This document shows positions 26,665 through 35,155 of a stretch of DNA of 37,769 bases, piece after piece. Made by a program: the position numbers and the translations under genes. Within the stretch, counting starts at the first letter, position 1, and every line of letters begins with the position of its first letter. The DNA lies in the IMG/VR virus record IMGVR_UViG_3300045988_180316; one strand, written 5' to 3'. Under the pieces are notes generated by a model. That model saw only the letters and a program-made list of their open reading frames with translations, made no database searches and was not told where the DNA came from. The stretch comes from a virus. Taxonomy: Duplodnaviria > Heunggongvirae > Uroviricota > Caudoviricetes.

Positions 26665-26931
26665 CATCATCTGTTAAGCATTAGCAGCCAACTTGATTTC
26701 GTGAGAAAAGGGTGGCGGCTGCATTCCCCGTTGCTTAACAGATGATGACTTATCCGAGAGGACTAATCAAAAATCTACGGTTCATGCAGCCGCCATATTG
26801 GTACACCTTTTTCCCGTTGCCGGGAAAATGATACTCTTGGGCATAAAAAAAGCCTGCGGCTGAGAAGCCATAGGCGAAACGGTCGCCCTGCCGGATAGAT
26901 TACTATCATCTGTTAAGCGTTGGCAAAGGTA
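26665..26931 (-). promoter_or_regulatory. Structured leader / operator region with three copies of a 14-16 nt element, plus promoter
   Basis: catcatctgttaagca at 26665-26680, its exact reverse complement at 26732-26747, and a direct copy atcatctgttaagcg at 26905-26919. A second inverted pair ggcggctgcat (26714-26724) / atgcagccgcc (26784-94) interleaves with the first. -7 motif TACCTTTG at 26924-26931 with a TTTG 20 nt upstream. Confidence 0.5.
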
Positions 26932-26948
26932 AGAAGAAAATCCGGAAC

Positions 26949-26985
26949 CGCCAAAAAAAAAGCGAGAAATTTTCATTCCTCGCTC
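26949..26985 (-). terminator. Rho-independent terminator (minus strand) after the secreted-protein gene
   Basis: Minus sense reads gagcgag-gaatgaaaattt-ctcgct followed by nine T. Confidence 0.45.
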
Positions 26986-27017
26986 AATTTTATTTTCAAA
27001 ACATGTTTAATAACATA

Positions 27018-27416
27018 TTATTGCTCATCTTTGGTAATTAACCCTGCTCGAATCTCATCATCGTTCTTCACTCTCTTCACCAGAACATAGTGGAGAACAG
27101 CCCTGCCGGCACCCTCTGTTATATAATATGTCTTGTCAAGTTTCCAACCTTTCTTAGCCATATAATTCACGGCTGCCATGACGGTATTGAACTTGATCTG
27201 TTTGCCATCCTCACCATATAAGCTCTCGAAAGAACCTCCACCATTGGAGACTGCACCCATATCAAGCATGACCTTCACTTTGCCGACGCCCCAAAAGTTA
27301 TATGCCTTGAGGTCGCAATAAACCGGATACTTACCATCCTCAGACTGGATGGTGCTCTGCGCTCTAGCGCCAATAGCCATAAAAATGATGGCCATCATAA
27401 CTAAAAACCTTTTCAT
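27018..27416 (-). CDS. Secreted hypothetical protein (signal peptide)
   Basis: 132 aa. N-terminus MKRFLVMMAIIFMAIGARAQ is a typical signal peptide. Lower GC than the phage core. Own promoter motif TATTTTTG at 27444-27451. Confidence 0.55.
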   Translation of the reverse strand: MKRFLVMMAIIFMAIGARAQSTIQSEDGKYPVYCDLKAYNFWGVGKVKVMLDMGAVSNGGGSFESLYGEDGKQIKFNTVMAAVNYMAKKGWKLDKTYYITEGAGRAVLHYVLVKRVKNDDEIRAGLITKDEQ

Positions 27417-27542
27417 TTTTTAATGTTTAAATTTAAATCGATACAAAAATAACAATAAAATATTAGTTATTCTAACCATTTTATCTGTATTTATATAAAA
27501 TCTGCTGGAAATATGTTGTAGAGCATAAAAACGAGGGACTTT

Positions 27543-27581
27543 GGGAAGAAAAAAGCCCCGATGCATCACGCACCGGGGCTT
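27543..27581 (-). terminator. Rho-independent terminator (minus strand) after hicB
   Basis: 8-bp stem aagccccg (27553-27560) with cggggctt (27574-27581), followed in minus sense by TTTTTTCTTCCC. Confidence 0.45.
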
Positions 27582-27647
27582 CTAAAGCGATCTTTTAATT
27601 TTTAATTGCATGAAGTACAATCGGCATGAAGCCGATCGAACTGTTCT

Positions 27648-28073
27648 TTAAACATACTGTAGAACTGGTCTATCTATCAAGAGTCCAGTATCTATATCTC
27701 CTTTAACTTTTGCTATACCTTGTCTAATTTTCTCCAAGCTTTTGCCTTGTGGTACCTTGATGCCTGCTGCATATTGTCGAAGCAACGAGGCGTTCATGCC
27801 GATATACTTGGCGAAGGCTGAGATACTTAGAGGATAGTAGTTGAAAAATGCCCCAACATCGAAGACGAAGTGAAACTCCAAGTCTGGGTACTCCTTACCT
27901 TCCTCCTCATAGAATTCTCTCATTTCCTTATCTGCAATGAGGAAATCTTCCATAGCAGCCTTTGCGGTCTTGCCGTCACCAATAAGGCCAAACGTCAAGT
28001 CATCAGTCCCAGTCATGAAGCAAGAATATAAATCCTTGCCAGACTCCACTACAACAGTAACTTTTCTTGCCAT
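27648..28073 (-). CDS. hicB: HicB-family antitoxin with C-terminal HTH domain
   Basis: 141 aa. N-terminal ~90 aa has the HicB-like pattern (KVTVVVESGKDLYSCF...GDGKTAKAAMEDF). C-terminal segment YPLSISAFAKYIGMNASLLRQYAAGIKVP is HTH-like. Downstream of hicA. Confidence 0.6.
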   Translation of the reverse strand: MARKVTVVVESGKDLYSCFMTGTDDLTFGLIGDGKTAKAAMEDFLIADKEMREFYEEEGKEYPDLEFHFVFDVGAFFNYYPLSISAFAKYIGMNASLLRQYAAGIKVPQGKSLEKIRQGIAKVKGDIDTGLLIDRPVLQYV

Positions 28074-28149
28074 ATCTTTCTATATATAAAGTTCATAATC
28101 AAAAGTGTCCTTCTTGCATACCAAGAAAATCATGGAAGAAGAACCTGGG

Positions 28150-28332
28150 CTAAAGCCCAAGTTCTTGATAGATAGATTTCAGAGTGCGAATATTCACCTC
28201 TTCAGTTCCATGCCGAGGAACGGCAGTGCTCTTCCCATTGGCTGGGTTGAACCAAATGTCGTGTCGGCCTCCATGACGAAGTAGAAAGCATCCCGCTTTC
28301 TTTAACTTCCGATACAGTTCACTGTATTTCAT
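28150..28332 (-). CDS. hicA: HicA-family toxin (mRNA interferase)
   Basis: 60 aa from MKYSELYRKLKKAGCFLLRHGGRHDIWFNPANGKSTAVPRHGTEEV..., the HicA pattern. Start moved from the ORF-track 28407 to 28332 because a TACCTTTG -7 motif lies at 28377-28384 inside the longer ORF. Confidence 0.65.
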   Translation of the reverse strand: MKYSELYRKLKKAGCFLLRHGGRHDIWFNPANGKSTAVPRHGTEEVNIRTLKSIYQELGL

Positions 28333-28376
28333 AATCTCAGTATGTTTAAAGAACACTTTGTCCTTATTGGACGATG

Positions 28377-28384
28377 CAAAGGTA
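28377..28384 (-). promoter_or_regulatory. -7 promoter element TACCTTTG (minus sense) for hicAB
   Basis: Plus-strand gatgcaaaggta; 45 nt upstream of the hicA ATG at 28332. Confidence 0.4.
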
Positions 28385-28520
28385 ACAATAAAGTTATAAA
28401 TAACCAAATATTTCGGTAACTATTTTGTTATATTACCTAAGATTTAACATTTATACATAAAGATAAGCGATGTCCCTACCTCTTTTAGGCTCTTGCCAGA
28501 CCGCTTTCGCCGCTAGGCGA

Positions 28521-28560
28521 AAAATTTTCAGAAAAATAGGGAAGGTCGAAAAACCTTCCC
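28521..28560 (-). terminator. Rho-independent terminator (minus strand) after radC
   Basis: Perfect 8-bp stem gggaaggt (28539-28546) with accttccc (28553-28560), loop cgaaaa, followed in minus sense by TATTTTTCTGAAAATTTTT. Confidence 0.5.
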
Positions 28561-28576
28561 TTGTACCTATTATATA

Positions 28577-29263
28577 TTATAGCTTTCCCTTGTCGTGGTA
28601 GCTGTAGAAGCCATCCTCGGCTAAGATGATGTGGTCCATCAAGAAGAGTCTCATCACCTCGCACGCCTTGGCTATCTTCTGCGTGAGCATATCGTCCGCC
28701 TTGCTCGGCTGCGTGCTGTTCGATGGGTGGTTGTGCGCCACGGCGATGATGGTTGCGTTGTTGAGCACGGCTTCTTTCATTATCAGCCTTATGTCCACCG
28801 CTGTGTCGGTGATGCCTCCCTCGCTGAGCTTCACACTCTTTATCAGTCTGAAGTTTTGGTTCATCAGCACTACCCAAAAGCCCTCTGTCTCATTGCTTCC
28901 CATCATCGGGCGAAGATAGTTGTAGAGTGCTAGGCTGCTGCCTAGGTCGGTATTACGTGCCACCTTTTCCATTTGGTAGCGTCTGCCTAGCTCGATGGCT
29001 GCCTGTAGGGCTATCGCCTTGCAGTCGCCGATGCCTGGTACCACCTCTAGGTCTTCGATTCTCGCCTTGCCGATATTGCGAAGTGAGTTGTCCATGATGT
29101 TATAAATCTGTCGTGCCTGCTCTTGGCTGTCCTTGGTACCTGCCCCTCTGTTGATTACCAAAGAAATCAAGTCAACGTTGGTTAGGGTGTCGAAGCCTTG
29201 GTTATAGGCTCTGTACTGCGGTCTCTCCTCCATACAAAGGTCGTTATAATTTTGTCGTATCAT
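28577..29263 (-). CDS. radC: RadC-like JAB-domain protein
   Basis: 228 aa with the JAB/MPN metal-binding motif HNHPSNSTQPSKAD and the helix-hairpin-helix-like N-terminus typical of RadC (UPF0758). Confidence 0.75.
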   Translation of the reverse strand: MIRQNYNDLCMEERPQYRAYNQGFDTLTNVDLISLVINRGAGTKDSQEQARQIYNIMDNSLRNIGKARIEDLEVVPGIGDCKAIALQAAIELGRRYQMEKVARNTDLGSSLALYNYLRPMMGSNETEGFWVVLMNQNFRLIKSVKLSEGGITDTAVDIRLIMKEAVLNNATIIAVAHNHPSNSTQPSKADDMLTQKIAKACEVMRLFLMDHIILAEDGFYSYHDKGKL

Positions 29264-29279
29264 AGCTATATTGTTTTAA

Positions 29280-29804
29280 TTAGTTATACATTCTCTTGGT
29301 TCTCGCTAGGAACATCGCTCCCATCACTTGTGCGCCACATTCTGCTAGCTCGTTGGCGAACTCTCGGGCGGTCGCACCGCTTGTCACCACATCGTCGAAG
29401 ATGATGACTTTCTTTCCGTTGAAATACTCTCTATCGAGTGCCACTCTGTAGTCGAAGCTCTCGCACACTCTGTCGGCGCTGAAGTGCTTTGCCGTGCGCT
29501 CGCCATAGATGGAAATGTGCTCGCTTCCGTTCTGTACCTTTGCGCCTTGGCTCACCTTTTGGGCGAAGCGAGAAAAGCGCTTGTTGTACTTCTTGGAGTT
29601 GGCTGCTGGTGCGCATACCATCACGAAGTCGCTGGCTTTGTCGCCATAGGTGTTGACGAAAGAGCTGACCACCATATCGGCTGCGGCGTCTGTCGCCCAC
29701 TGCTTGCCATCCTTGAAAGCAAAGATGAAGTTTCTCACTTGCTCGGCTTGCGCTGAGCGGTCGAAACGCTTGGAGTTGTACTCGTAATAATTGAAAGTTT
29801 TCAT
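29280..29804 (-). CDS. ComF-like phosphoribosyltransferase-domain protein, no N-terminal zinc finger
   Basis: 174 aa with the PRPP-binding motif VIIFDDVVTSGATA. Start is 16 nt upstream of radC, so probably co-transcribed. Family called from motif only. Confidence 0.55.
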   Translation of the reverse strand: MKTFNYYEYNSKRFDRSAQAEQVRNFIFAFKDGKQWATDAAADMVVSSFVNTYGDKASDFVMVCAPAANSKKYNKRFSRFAQKVSQGAKVQNGSEHISIYGERTAKHFSADRVCESFDYRVALDREYFNGKKVIIFDDVVTSGATAREFANELAECGAQVMGAMFLARTKRMYN

Positions 29805-30701
29805 ACGCTCAAAATTTTTATTCTAGCCAGAGGGAGGAAGGAGCTTTTTGTTTGAACTCGTCTTTGCCTGCCCGTCTGAGAGTTTTTTTTATTCTGTCCG
29901 TCGGTCGTTTTTGTCGCTTTTTACGGTGCGATGCAGACGAGCGGAGAAGAGGTATGAAAGCCAAGGAATTTTGCAAAAAGTTTATGGAAAACCGCCATCT
30001 CTGATTGCGGAAGGCTGCCGAAAAGTTTTTGGAAAATAGATTTATCGGTACTTGGTGCATACCATCCGCCGTACCTTTGCACCCGAAAAAGAGATAATGA
30101 CCGATGGATAACCGATAAAGGGAAAAGCTCTCGGACAGGAAAAGCGGGCAAAGAAAAGGCTCTGCCTTACCTTGGTGGTTAAGCCTTAGCGACGTTTGAG
30201 CGCCATCACGGTCACCACCGCTTGAAAATTCGCAAATTTTAACCCTAGCGTATGAAATGAAAGATGGAAAATTTGCGTCATCAAAAACACCATGTTTTTC
30301 AGACTTCAGGAGGAAAAACATACCTTGGAGCGATGAAATCGCAGCATTTGGCAGGCTTCGACCCCGAGGTTGAAGATGCCAAATGTGTCGTTTTACGACA
30401 GGTTTTCCACACCCACGGATTGGAAAACCCCGATTTTATCGTGGTTTTAGGGATTCAAAGGGAAAATAATTCCCCTTTGTCGGCGATAGCACCCCCCACC
30501 GCCCTACGCCCGAGGGCGCCTTCCGCCCCCTTGGAAAAGACGGAATATGTAAAAGACCGTTAACGTTTTTGTAGGAATGTAAAAAGCCAAAAGGCACGAA
30601 AAAAGGGAACACGCTTCGCAGCGCACTCCCCTTATCGGCGGTCAAGCAAGAATGCCAGCCACCTAACTTATATAAGAATCGTACTATCTAAAGAAATCAA
30701 A
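29805..30701. other. ~900 bp apparently non-coding region with repeats, hairpins and a plus-strand promoter-like motif
   Basis: No convincing protein-like ORF. Repeated TGGAAAA(C/A) near 29985, 30031, 30265, 30421 and 30529; 9-bp inverted repeat ggttttcca / tggaaaacc at ~30401-30429; TACCTTTG on the plus strand at 30072-30079. Confidence 0.4.
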
Positions 30702-32303
30702 CTATAGCATGGAACCCGTGGCGATGTAGCCATCAGCCTGAGGGTATTTCTCCATGCCAATCATGAGCGTGTCGTAGGCATCGGAGCCATCGGTGCGAGC
30801 CTCCAACTTATCCTCCTCGGTCTCTGCCAGCTTCTCGCCTCGCTTATCCTTCTTGCCGTTGTAGACCCCGGCCAGGCGGATGGAGATGAGCAGGTCTTCG
30901 TTGTTCTCGCTGTTGATCATCGAGCGATGCTCAGCCTTGCCGAGGAACATGCGGTTGAGCAGAAGCATCTTTTCGAGATGTCCCATCGGGTTGCCCAGAT
31001 AGACCTCGTTGACATACCAGCCATGGTCGGTGAGGTAGTCGGTGATGAAGGTATGGAAGTCATCGTTCATCAGGGCGTAGTTGTTGCCCACGAAGGTGGA
31101 GTCGTAGTAGAAGTTGACCTCCTTGCACCGATGGTACTCATAGTACTGCATGAACTTGTCGAGCAGGGCGGGCAGCTTCTCCTCATACTTCACGAAGATG
31201 CTCTTGAGGCAGCGTGCCTCGCCCCGCAGGTTGTCTTGTCCGACGGCTATCCAGTTGATGAGGGCGTTGGCATCGAAGGCGATGCAGAGCGGACGGTCGG
31301 GGTCAACGTCGGCATCCATTCTGGAATCTACATGCTTGAGCTTGTCGATGTCGTAGCCTAAGCCATCGAGGTAGGCGAGGTTGGGCGCCGTGTATAGGTT
31401 GGCATCCCTGAGGTTGGAGTAGAAGCCATCGAGCGAGATGGAAGGCCGCTTGCACATGATGGAGGTCTGGAAGGTGAGGGCAGGGAGGTCTCGCTTCATC
31501 TGCTTGATGAACTCCATGCCGAGCACCTCGATGTTATAGACCGATGAGTACTCTTTATAGAAGAGTGCCTTGGAGCGCAGTTGCGCCAGGAGCTGACCAA
31601 TCTCTCGGAGTCGGCGCTGGGCATAGCCTGAGACATGGCCCGAGGTCTTGATGCGGTTGCGTATGTCATACTCCTCTACCACGAGCGAGGCGATGGCGTC
31701 GATGAGCAGCTGGTCGCAGTCTTTCTTGTAGTTGAGGAACCAGGAGCCCTTCTTGGTCACGGGCATATCAGAGGTGATGAGCATGCCATGGTGGTAGTAG
31801 TGCTGGCCGAAGAGGTTGACGTTGCCTCGATTGGCAGGGAAGGTCTCGTCTTTGAGCTGTTCGAAGTTGATGAACTTCGCCTCGTCGATGTCGAGGTAGT
31901 CGAGCGAGAGGGAGTTGGAGGTACCCTTGCGGTCTTGCGAGATGATGGTACCGATGGAGCCGTTATAGAAAGAGATGGTGTTCTCCCAGTTGCTGGGCGG
32001 TATGACCGGGTCGGGCCATCCCAGTTTTTTGGGAGGCTTGACCCCGATGAGATAATGCTTGCCCCGGTGGAAGCCCCATCGCTCCCAGTGCTGAAGCATC
32101 GACGGTATGGTGTTGGTGAGGCATCGCTTGGTGTTGGCGGATACGAAGCCGCCGTTGCTGCCAGGCATGCGCTGCATGTTGCGCAGGTTGAAGGTGGCGT
32201 GGAGAATGCTCTTGCCGATGCCTCGACCGCCCACGACCACGTTGTCGCGGGCGGAGATGAGGTTGACCTCCATCTGGGCTGGGTTGAGATATTGATCTAT
32301 CAT
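30702..32303 (-). CDS. terL: Terminase large subunit
   Basis: 533 aa. N-terminal Walker A (VVVGGRGIGKS), Walker-B-like LDYLDIDEA, C-terminal Asp-rich region consistent with a nuclease domain. Confidence 0.7.
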   Translation of the reverse strand: MIDQYLNPAQMEVNLISARDNVVVGGRGIGKSILHATFNLRNMQRMPGSNGGFVSANTKRCLTNTIPSMLQHWERWGFHRGKHYLIGVKPPKKLGWPDPVIPPSNWENTISFYNGSIGTIISQDRKGTSNSLSLDYLDIDEAKFINFEQLKDETFPANRGNVNLFGQHYYHHGMLITSDMPVTKKGSWFLNYKKDCDQLLIDAIASLVVEEYDIRNRIKTSGHVSGYAQRRLREIGQLLAQLRSKALFYKEYSSVYNIEVLGMEFIKQMKRDLPALTFQTSIMCKRPSISLDGFYSNLRDANLYTAPNLAYLDGLGYDIDKLKHVDSRMDADVDPDRPLCIAFDANALINWIAVGQDNLRGEARCLKSIFVKYEEKLPALLDKFMQYYEYHRCKEVNFYYDSTFVGNNYALMNDDFHTFITDYLTDHGWYVNEVYLGNPMGHLEKMLLLNRMFLGKAEHRSMINSENNEDLLISIRLAGVYNGKKDKRGEKLAETEEDKLEARTDGSDAYDTLMIGMEKYPQADGYIATGSML

Positions 32304-32929
32304 AGTGCTTTGTCCTCCTTGACTTCTTCTGTAGGTGTATATTCCAAGAGCTGTTCGTCGTAGTCCTCGGCCTCGATCTTGACGAGATCCATGGAGTTGT
32401 CGGTGTATTTCTTGACGAGCTTCTTGATGGTCTGCATCACGTTAGGGATGCGCTTGAGACCCAAGTGTCGTGGGTCGGTGGTAGGGATGAAGACCTGAGG
32501 CTGAATCTGGTCGTAGCCGTTGTCGGTAGGATCCTCTTTGTCGAGCAGGTGATATTTGCCGTATGCCGCTGCGGCGGCAGCCATGGCCCGGGCATCGCCC
32601 ACGGAGTCGGCCTTGTCGTAGGTGCGCTGTATCATCTGGTCGAAGCGATAGCGGGCGAAGTCTTTTGACACTTTTTGCAGGTTGCCCAATATGAGCTTGA
32701 TGAGGTGCAGGTCGTTGTAAGCCATCATGCGCTGCACCTTGTAGTCGTGCATATCTTTATAGACCAGCTCTTGGTCGCTCTTGCGAGGGTTGATGAGCCA
32801 CCAGGCATAGAGGGCACGGATGCGCAAAATGCGGTCGCGCACTGGGGCGGGCACATTTTGCGCATCCATCTCTTCGGGTGTGCGGTCCATCAGTTCGATG
32901 ATGGCATCGATGTTGGCGGGTTCTCTCAT
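32300..32929 (-). CDS. Putative terminase small subunit
   Basis: 209 aa; stop overlaps the terL start by 4 nt. Positional inference only. Confidence 0.35.
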   Translation of the reverse strand: MREPANIDAIIELMDRTPEEMDAQNVPAPVRDRILRIRALYAWWLINPRKSDQELVYKDMHDYKVQRMMAYNDLHLIKLILGNLQKVSKDFARYRFDQMIQRTYDKADSVGDARAMAAAAAAYGKYHLLDKEDPTDNGYDQIQPQVFIPTTDPRHLGLKRIPNVMQTIKKLVKKYTDNSMDLVKIEAEDYDEQLLEYTPTEEVKEDKAL

Positions 32930-33207
32930 ATTCTAATCTCCTCTAACATTTGGTTCAGATATTCGTGTGTGCGCTGCACCGCCTGTGGCGAGCCAGCCGC
33001 AGCCAGGTCTAGCTCGTTTTTGCGTATCTGCTGGCGCACCGTCGCCATGCCCAAGTAATAGACACGGTGAAGCTCGGAGTCGGGCTTCAGTATCTCGTCA
33101 CGCAGATCGTCCTCGCTAATATCCAAAAGGACGGACATCTCGGATATCGGAGTCAACGTCTCCGCGAAGTCTTGCACTTTTTTGAGTAATTCCTGAGAAA
33201 TTTCCAT
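32926..33207 (-). CDS. Hypothetical small phage protein
   Basis: 93 aa; overlaps the next gene downstream by 4 nt and the upstream ORF by ~90 nt, so the start is uncertain. Confidence 0.35.
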   Translation of the reverse strand: MEISQELLKKVQDFAETLTPISEMSVLLDISEDDLRDEILKPDSELHRVYYLGMATVRQQIRKNELDLAAAGSPQAVQRTHEYLNQMLEEIRI

Positions 33208-33691
33208 TGATTCTTAAGCTTTGAGTGTCACAATGTAGGGTATATCCGCCGAAGAGGTCGGCGAAGACCTGCGGGTCGGTGGTGATGATGGTTGACTCGT
33301 CTCGGCTGCCATAGGTCTGGTTTTGCGAGGTGACGACCGACACGACGTGCTGGTCGTTGCGGAAGAGTGTCACCTTGGAGTGGTTTTGCCCCAGGAACAC
33401 ATCGTCGAAGCAGGTCTGCATCATGCGCCACAGCTGCACGGTCTTCTTGCTCGCCTTGACATCGAGCAGCATCGTTGCCGACAGGATGCTGCCCGACTGG
33501 CGCATCAGGCGGAAGCCACGCAGGAACTCCTCGGAGGTGGAGTAGGAAGACACCCACACATCTGCAGGACCTATCTGGGAGAGAATCCACTTGATGAGAC
33601 CGAGGGTGTGGAGGTGTCGCCCGAAGTAGGCTTGCGTCTGGGCATCGGCGATGGGACGGAGCAGGTCACTGACCTTGACCTTGGTCGGCAT
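33116..33691 (-). CDS. Hypothetical phage protein
   Basis: 191 aa ORF; no recognisable motif. Confidence 0.4.
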   Translation of the reverse strand: MPTKVKVSDLLRPIADAQTQAYFGRHLHTLGLIKWILSQIGPADVWVSSYSTSEEFLRGFRLMRQSGSILSATMLLDVKASKKTVQLWRMMQTCFDDVFLGQNHSKVTLFRNDQHVVSVVTSQNQTYGSRDESTIITTDPQVFADLFGGYTLHCDTQSLRINGNFSGITQKSARLRGDVDSDIRDVRPFGY

Positions 33692-34409
33692 TGGCGGCTA
33701 GCTTAGCCTTGGCTACACGGTCACGGTCGGCAGTGGTGACCTGGTATGAGTCGTAGGTGAGCATGTCGGCACGATAGCGCTTGTCGAGGTCGGAGAGTAT
33801 CTTGAGAAGCTCGTATCTGTCGCATGGCTCCTGGTGCTCCATCGTCTTGAGCGTCTCGAAGGTGGATTTAATCTGCTTGTATCGCTTGGCGTTGGCATCC
33901 CAGAGAGCGGCAACCTCGGCAGGAAGAAACTCATGGTCGCTGCGCTTGCCCTTGCGGATGACCGCCACGCCATCGCTCTCGGAGGAAGGAAGCTCGGCAT
34001 CATCGGTCGAGCCATCATCGTCGATGGAATCGGCATTTTTTGCGATTTCATTGCCATTTTCGTCGGTTTCATCGGTCTTTTTGGTCGTTTTCTCGGTCGT
34101 ATCGGTCGTTTCTTCGGTCGTTGCCACAGGTACGCCCTCACTGATGATGGCTTGCGCCTCTGGTATGACGATGGCATCCATCTGCTTGACCTCTTCGATG
34201 GTCATGCCATCGAGACGAATCTTCAGGAACTTATTCAGCTCATACTCAATGTTGGAACGATAAGCCTGTGGCTGTCGGGTGGCACGAGCATGGTAGAAGC
34301 GATTGCGGTTGAGACGGAAGAGCATGCCTGCGCCCTTGATGATGTCAGCGTCGCTCTCGTGCTTGGCATTGAGCCACGCCTGTATCTGTTTGGTGAATTG
34401 ATGATCCAT
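33666..34409 (-). CDS. Hypothetical phage protein with acidic Thr/Glu/Asp-rich low-complexity segment
   Basis: Start moved to MDHQFTKQIQ (34409) because a terminator hairpin at 34441-34469 sits inside the longer ORF-track version. Confidence 0.4.
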   Translation of the reverse strand: MDHQFTKQIQAWLNAKHESDADIIKGAGMLFRLNRNRFYHARATRQPQAYRSNIEYELNKFLKIRLDGMTIEEVKQMDAIVIPEAQAIISEGVPVATTEETTDTTEKTTKKTDETDENGNEIAKNADSIDDDGSTDDAELPSSESDGVAVIRKGKRSDHEFLPAEVAALWDANAKRYKQIKSTFETLKTMEHQEPCDRYELLKILSDLDKRYRADMLTYDSYQVTTADRDRVAKAKLAANADQGQGQ

Positions 34410-34424
34410 ATATAAGAATGTTTT

Positions 34425-34469
34425 TGATGAAAAGAACAAAGGTGGCTCAGGCACGAAGCGAGAGCCACC
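34425..34469 (-). terminator. Rho-independent terminator (minus strand) after gene 34526-35122
   Basis: 8-bp stem ggtggctc (34441-34448) with gagccacc (34462-34469), followed in minus sense by CTTTGTTCTTTTCATC. Confidence 0.45.
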
Positions 34470-34525
34470 TAAGCTTTGAAGTTTAAACTGTATGTAGTTA
34501 TGCAAAAATTTGGGCAAATGAACGT

Positions 34526-35122
34526 TTATGCCGCCACCCATACAGAGCCATCGGCACCGCTGATGTCTCCGGACTCTGTCTCGATCTTGCCAGGATAGAA
34601 CGGTGTAGGGCAGAAGTCTGTCGCCTCGGTGTTGACGGTTGTGGTGCAAGCATCGGTCACGCCGCTGCCTGAAGCCTGGCTGACGGTAATCTTAGGAGCG
34701 AAAGCCTCGCAGCCGATGAGACGGGCACGACCCTTGCGGTCTTGCACCATCATGATGAGTTCGTCGTTGATAGCCATGGTAGCGAAGCCACTGATGTCCT
34801 CGTCGGTACCACCGACCACGAACTCGCCCTTGTTGAGGAACGTAGCGGAAGGTGCCTCGCCCTGAGTCTCAGCTGTAAAATTGCTCTTGGCATCGACAAG
34901 GTCTAGGCTGTGCCACTTGGCATCGCTCGCCAATGTGAAGTCGCCCGTATATTGAGCGAGCTTGGCCGGGTCTGTGGTCTTGTCATCAGCTGCTGGCAAT
35001 GTTGGCCAAGTCAGGATCTGACTCTTGAGGATGAAGAATACACGAGGTTTAATGCCTGGGGCTATGCGAGCCCCAGGACATTTTTTGACTGATTTATATA
35101 AATCTTTTGTAGTACAAGCCAT
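34526..35122 (-). CDS. Hypothetical head-associated protein (decoration or head-tail connector candidate)
   Basis: 198 aa, immediately after the putative major capsid gene and followed by a terminator. Function by position only. Confidence 0.35.
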   Translation of the reverse strand: MACTTKDLYKSVKKCPGARIAPGIKPRVFFILKSQILTWPTLPAADDKTTDPAKLAQYTGDFTLASDAKWHSLDLVDAKSNFTAETQGEAPSATFLNKGEFVVGGTDEDISGFATMAINDELIMMVQDRKGRARLIGCEAFAPKITVSQASGSGVTDACTTTVNTEATDFCPTPFYPGKIETESGDISGADGSVWVAA

Positions 35123-35155
35123 AATTTAATCTCCTATATATAATAAGGTGAAACT

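Noticed and set aside
26661-27000. CRISPR array or transposon terminal inverted repeats as explanation for the repeated 16-nt elements
   Set aside because: Only three copies, two orientations and irregular spacing (51 and 157 nt); no cas genes or transposase nearby.
29818-30321. 167-aa minus-strand ORF in the large intergenic region
   Set aside because: Translation is low-complexity and basic with no protein-like character; region treated as non-coding, though a small gene or ncRNA cannot be excluded.
30264-30563. 99-aa plus-strand ORF downstream of the plus-strand promoter motif
   Set aside because: C-terminal half is Pro/Ala-rich junk and codon usage differs from neighbouring genes; kept only as a possibility inside the non-coding-region finding.
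31635-32363. 242-aa plus-strand ORF
   Set aside because: Lies antisense inside the terminase large subunit gene; antisense-artefact composition.
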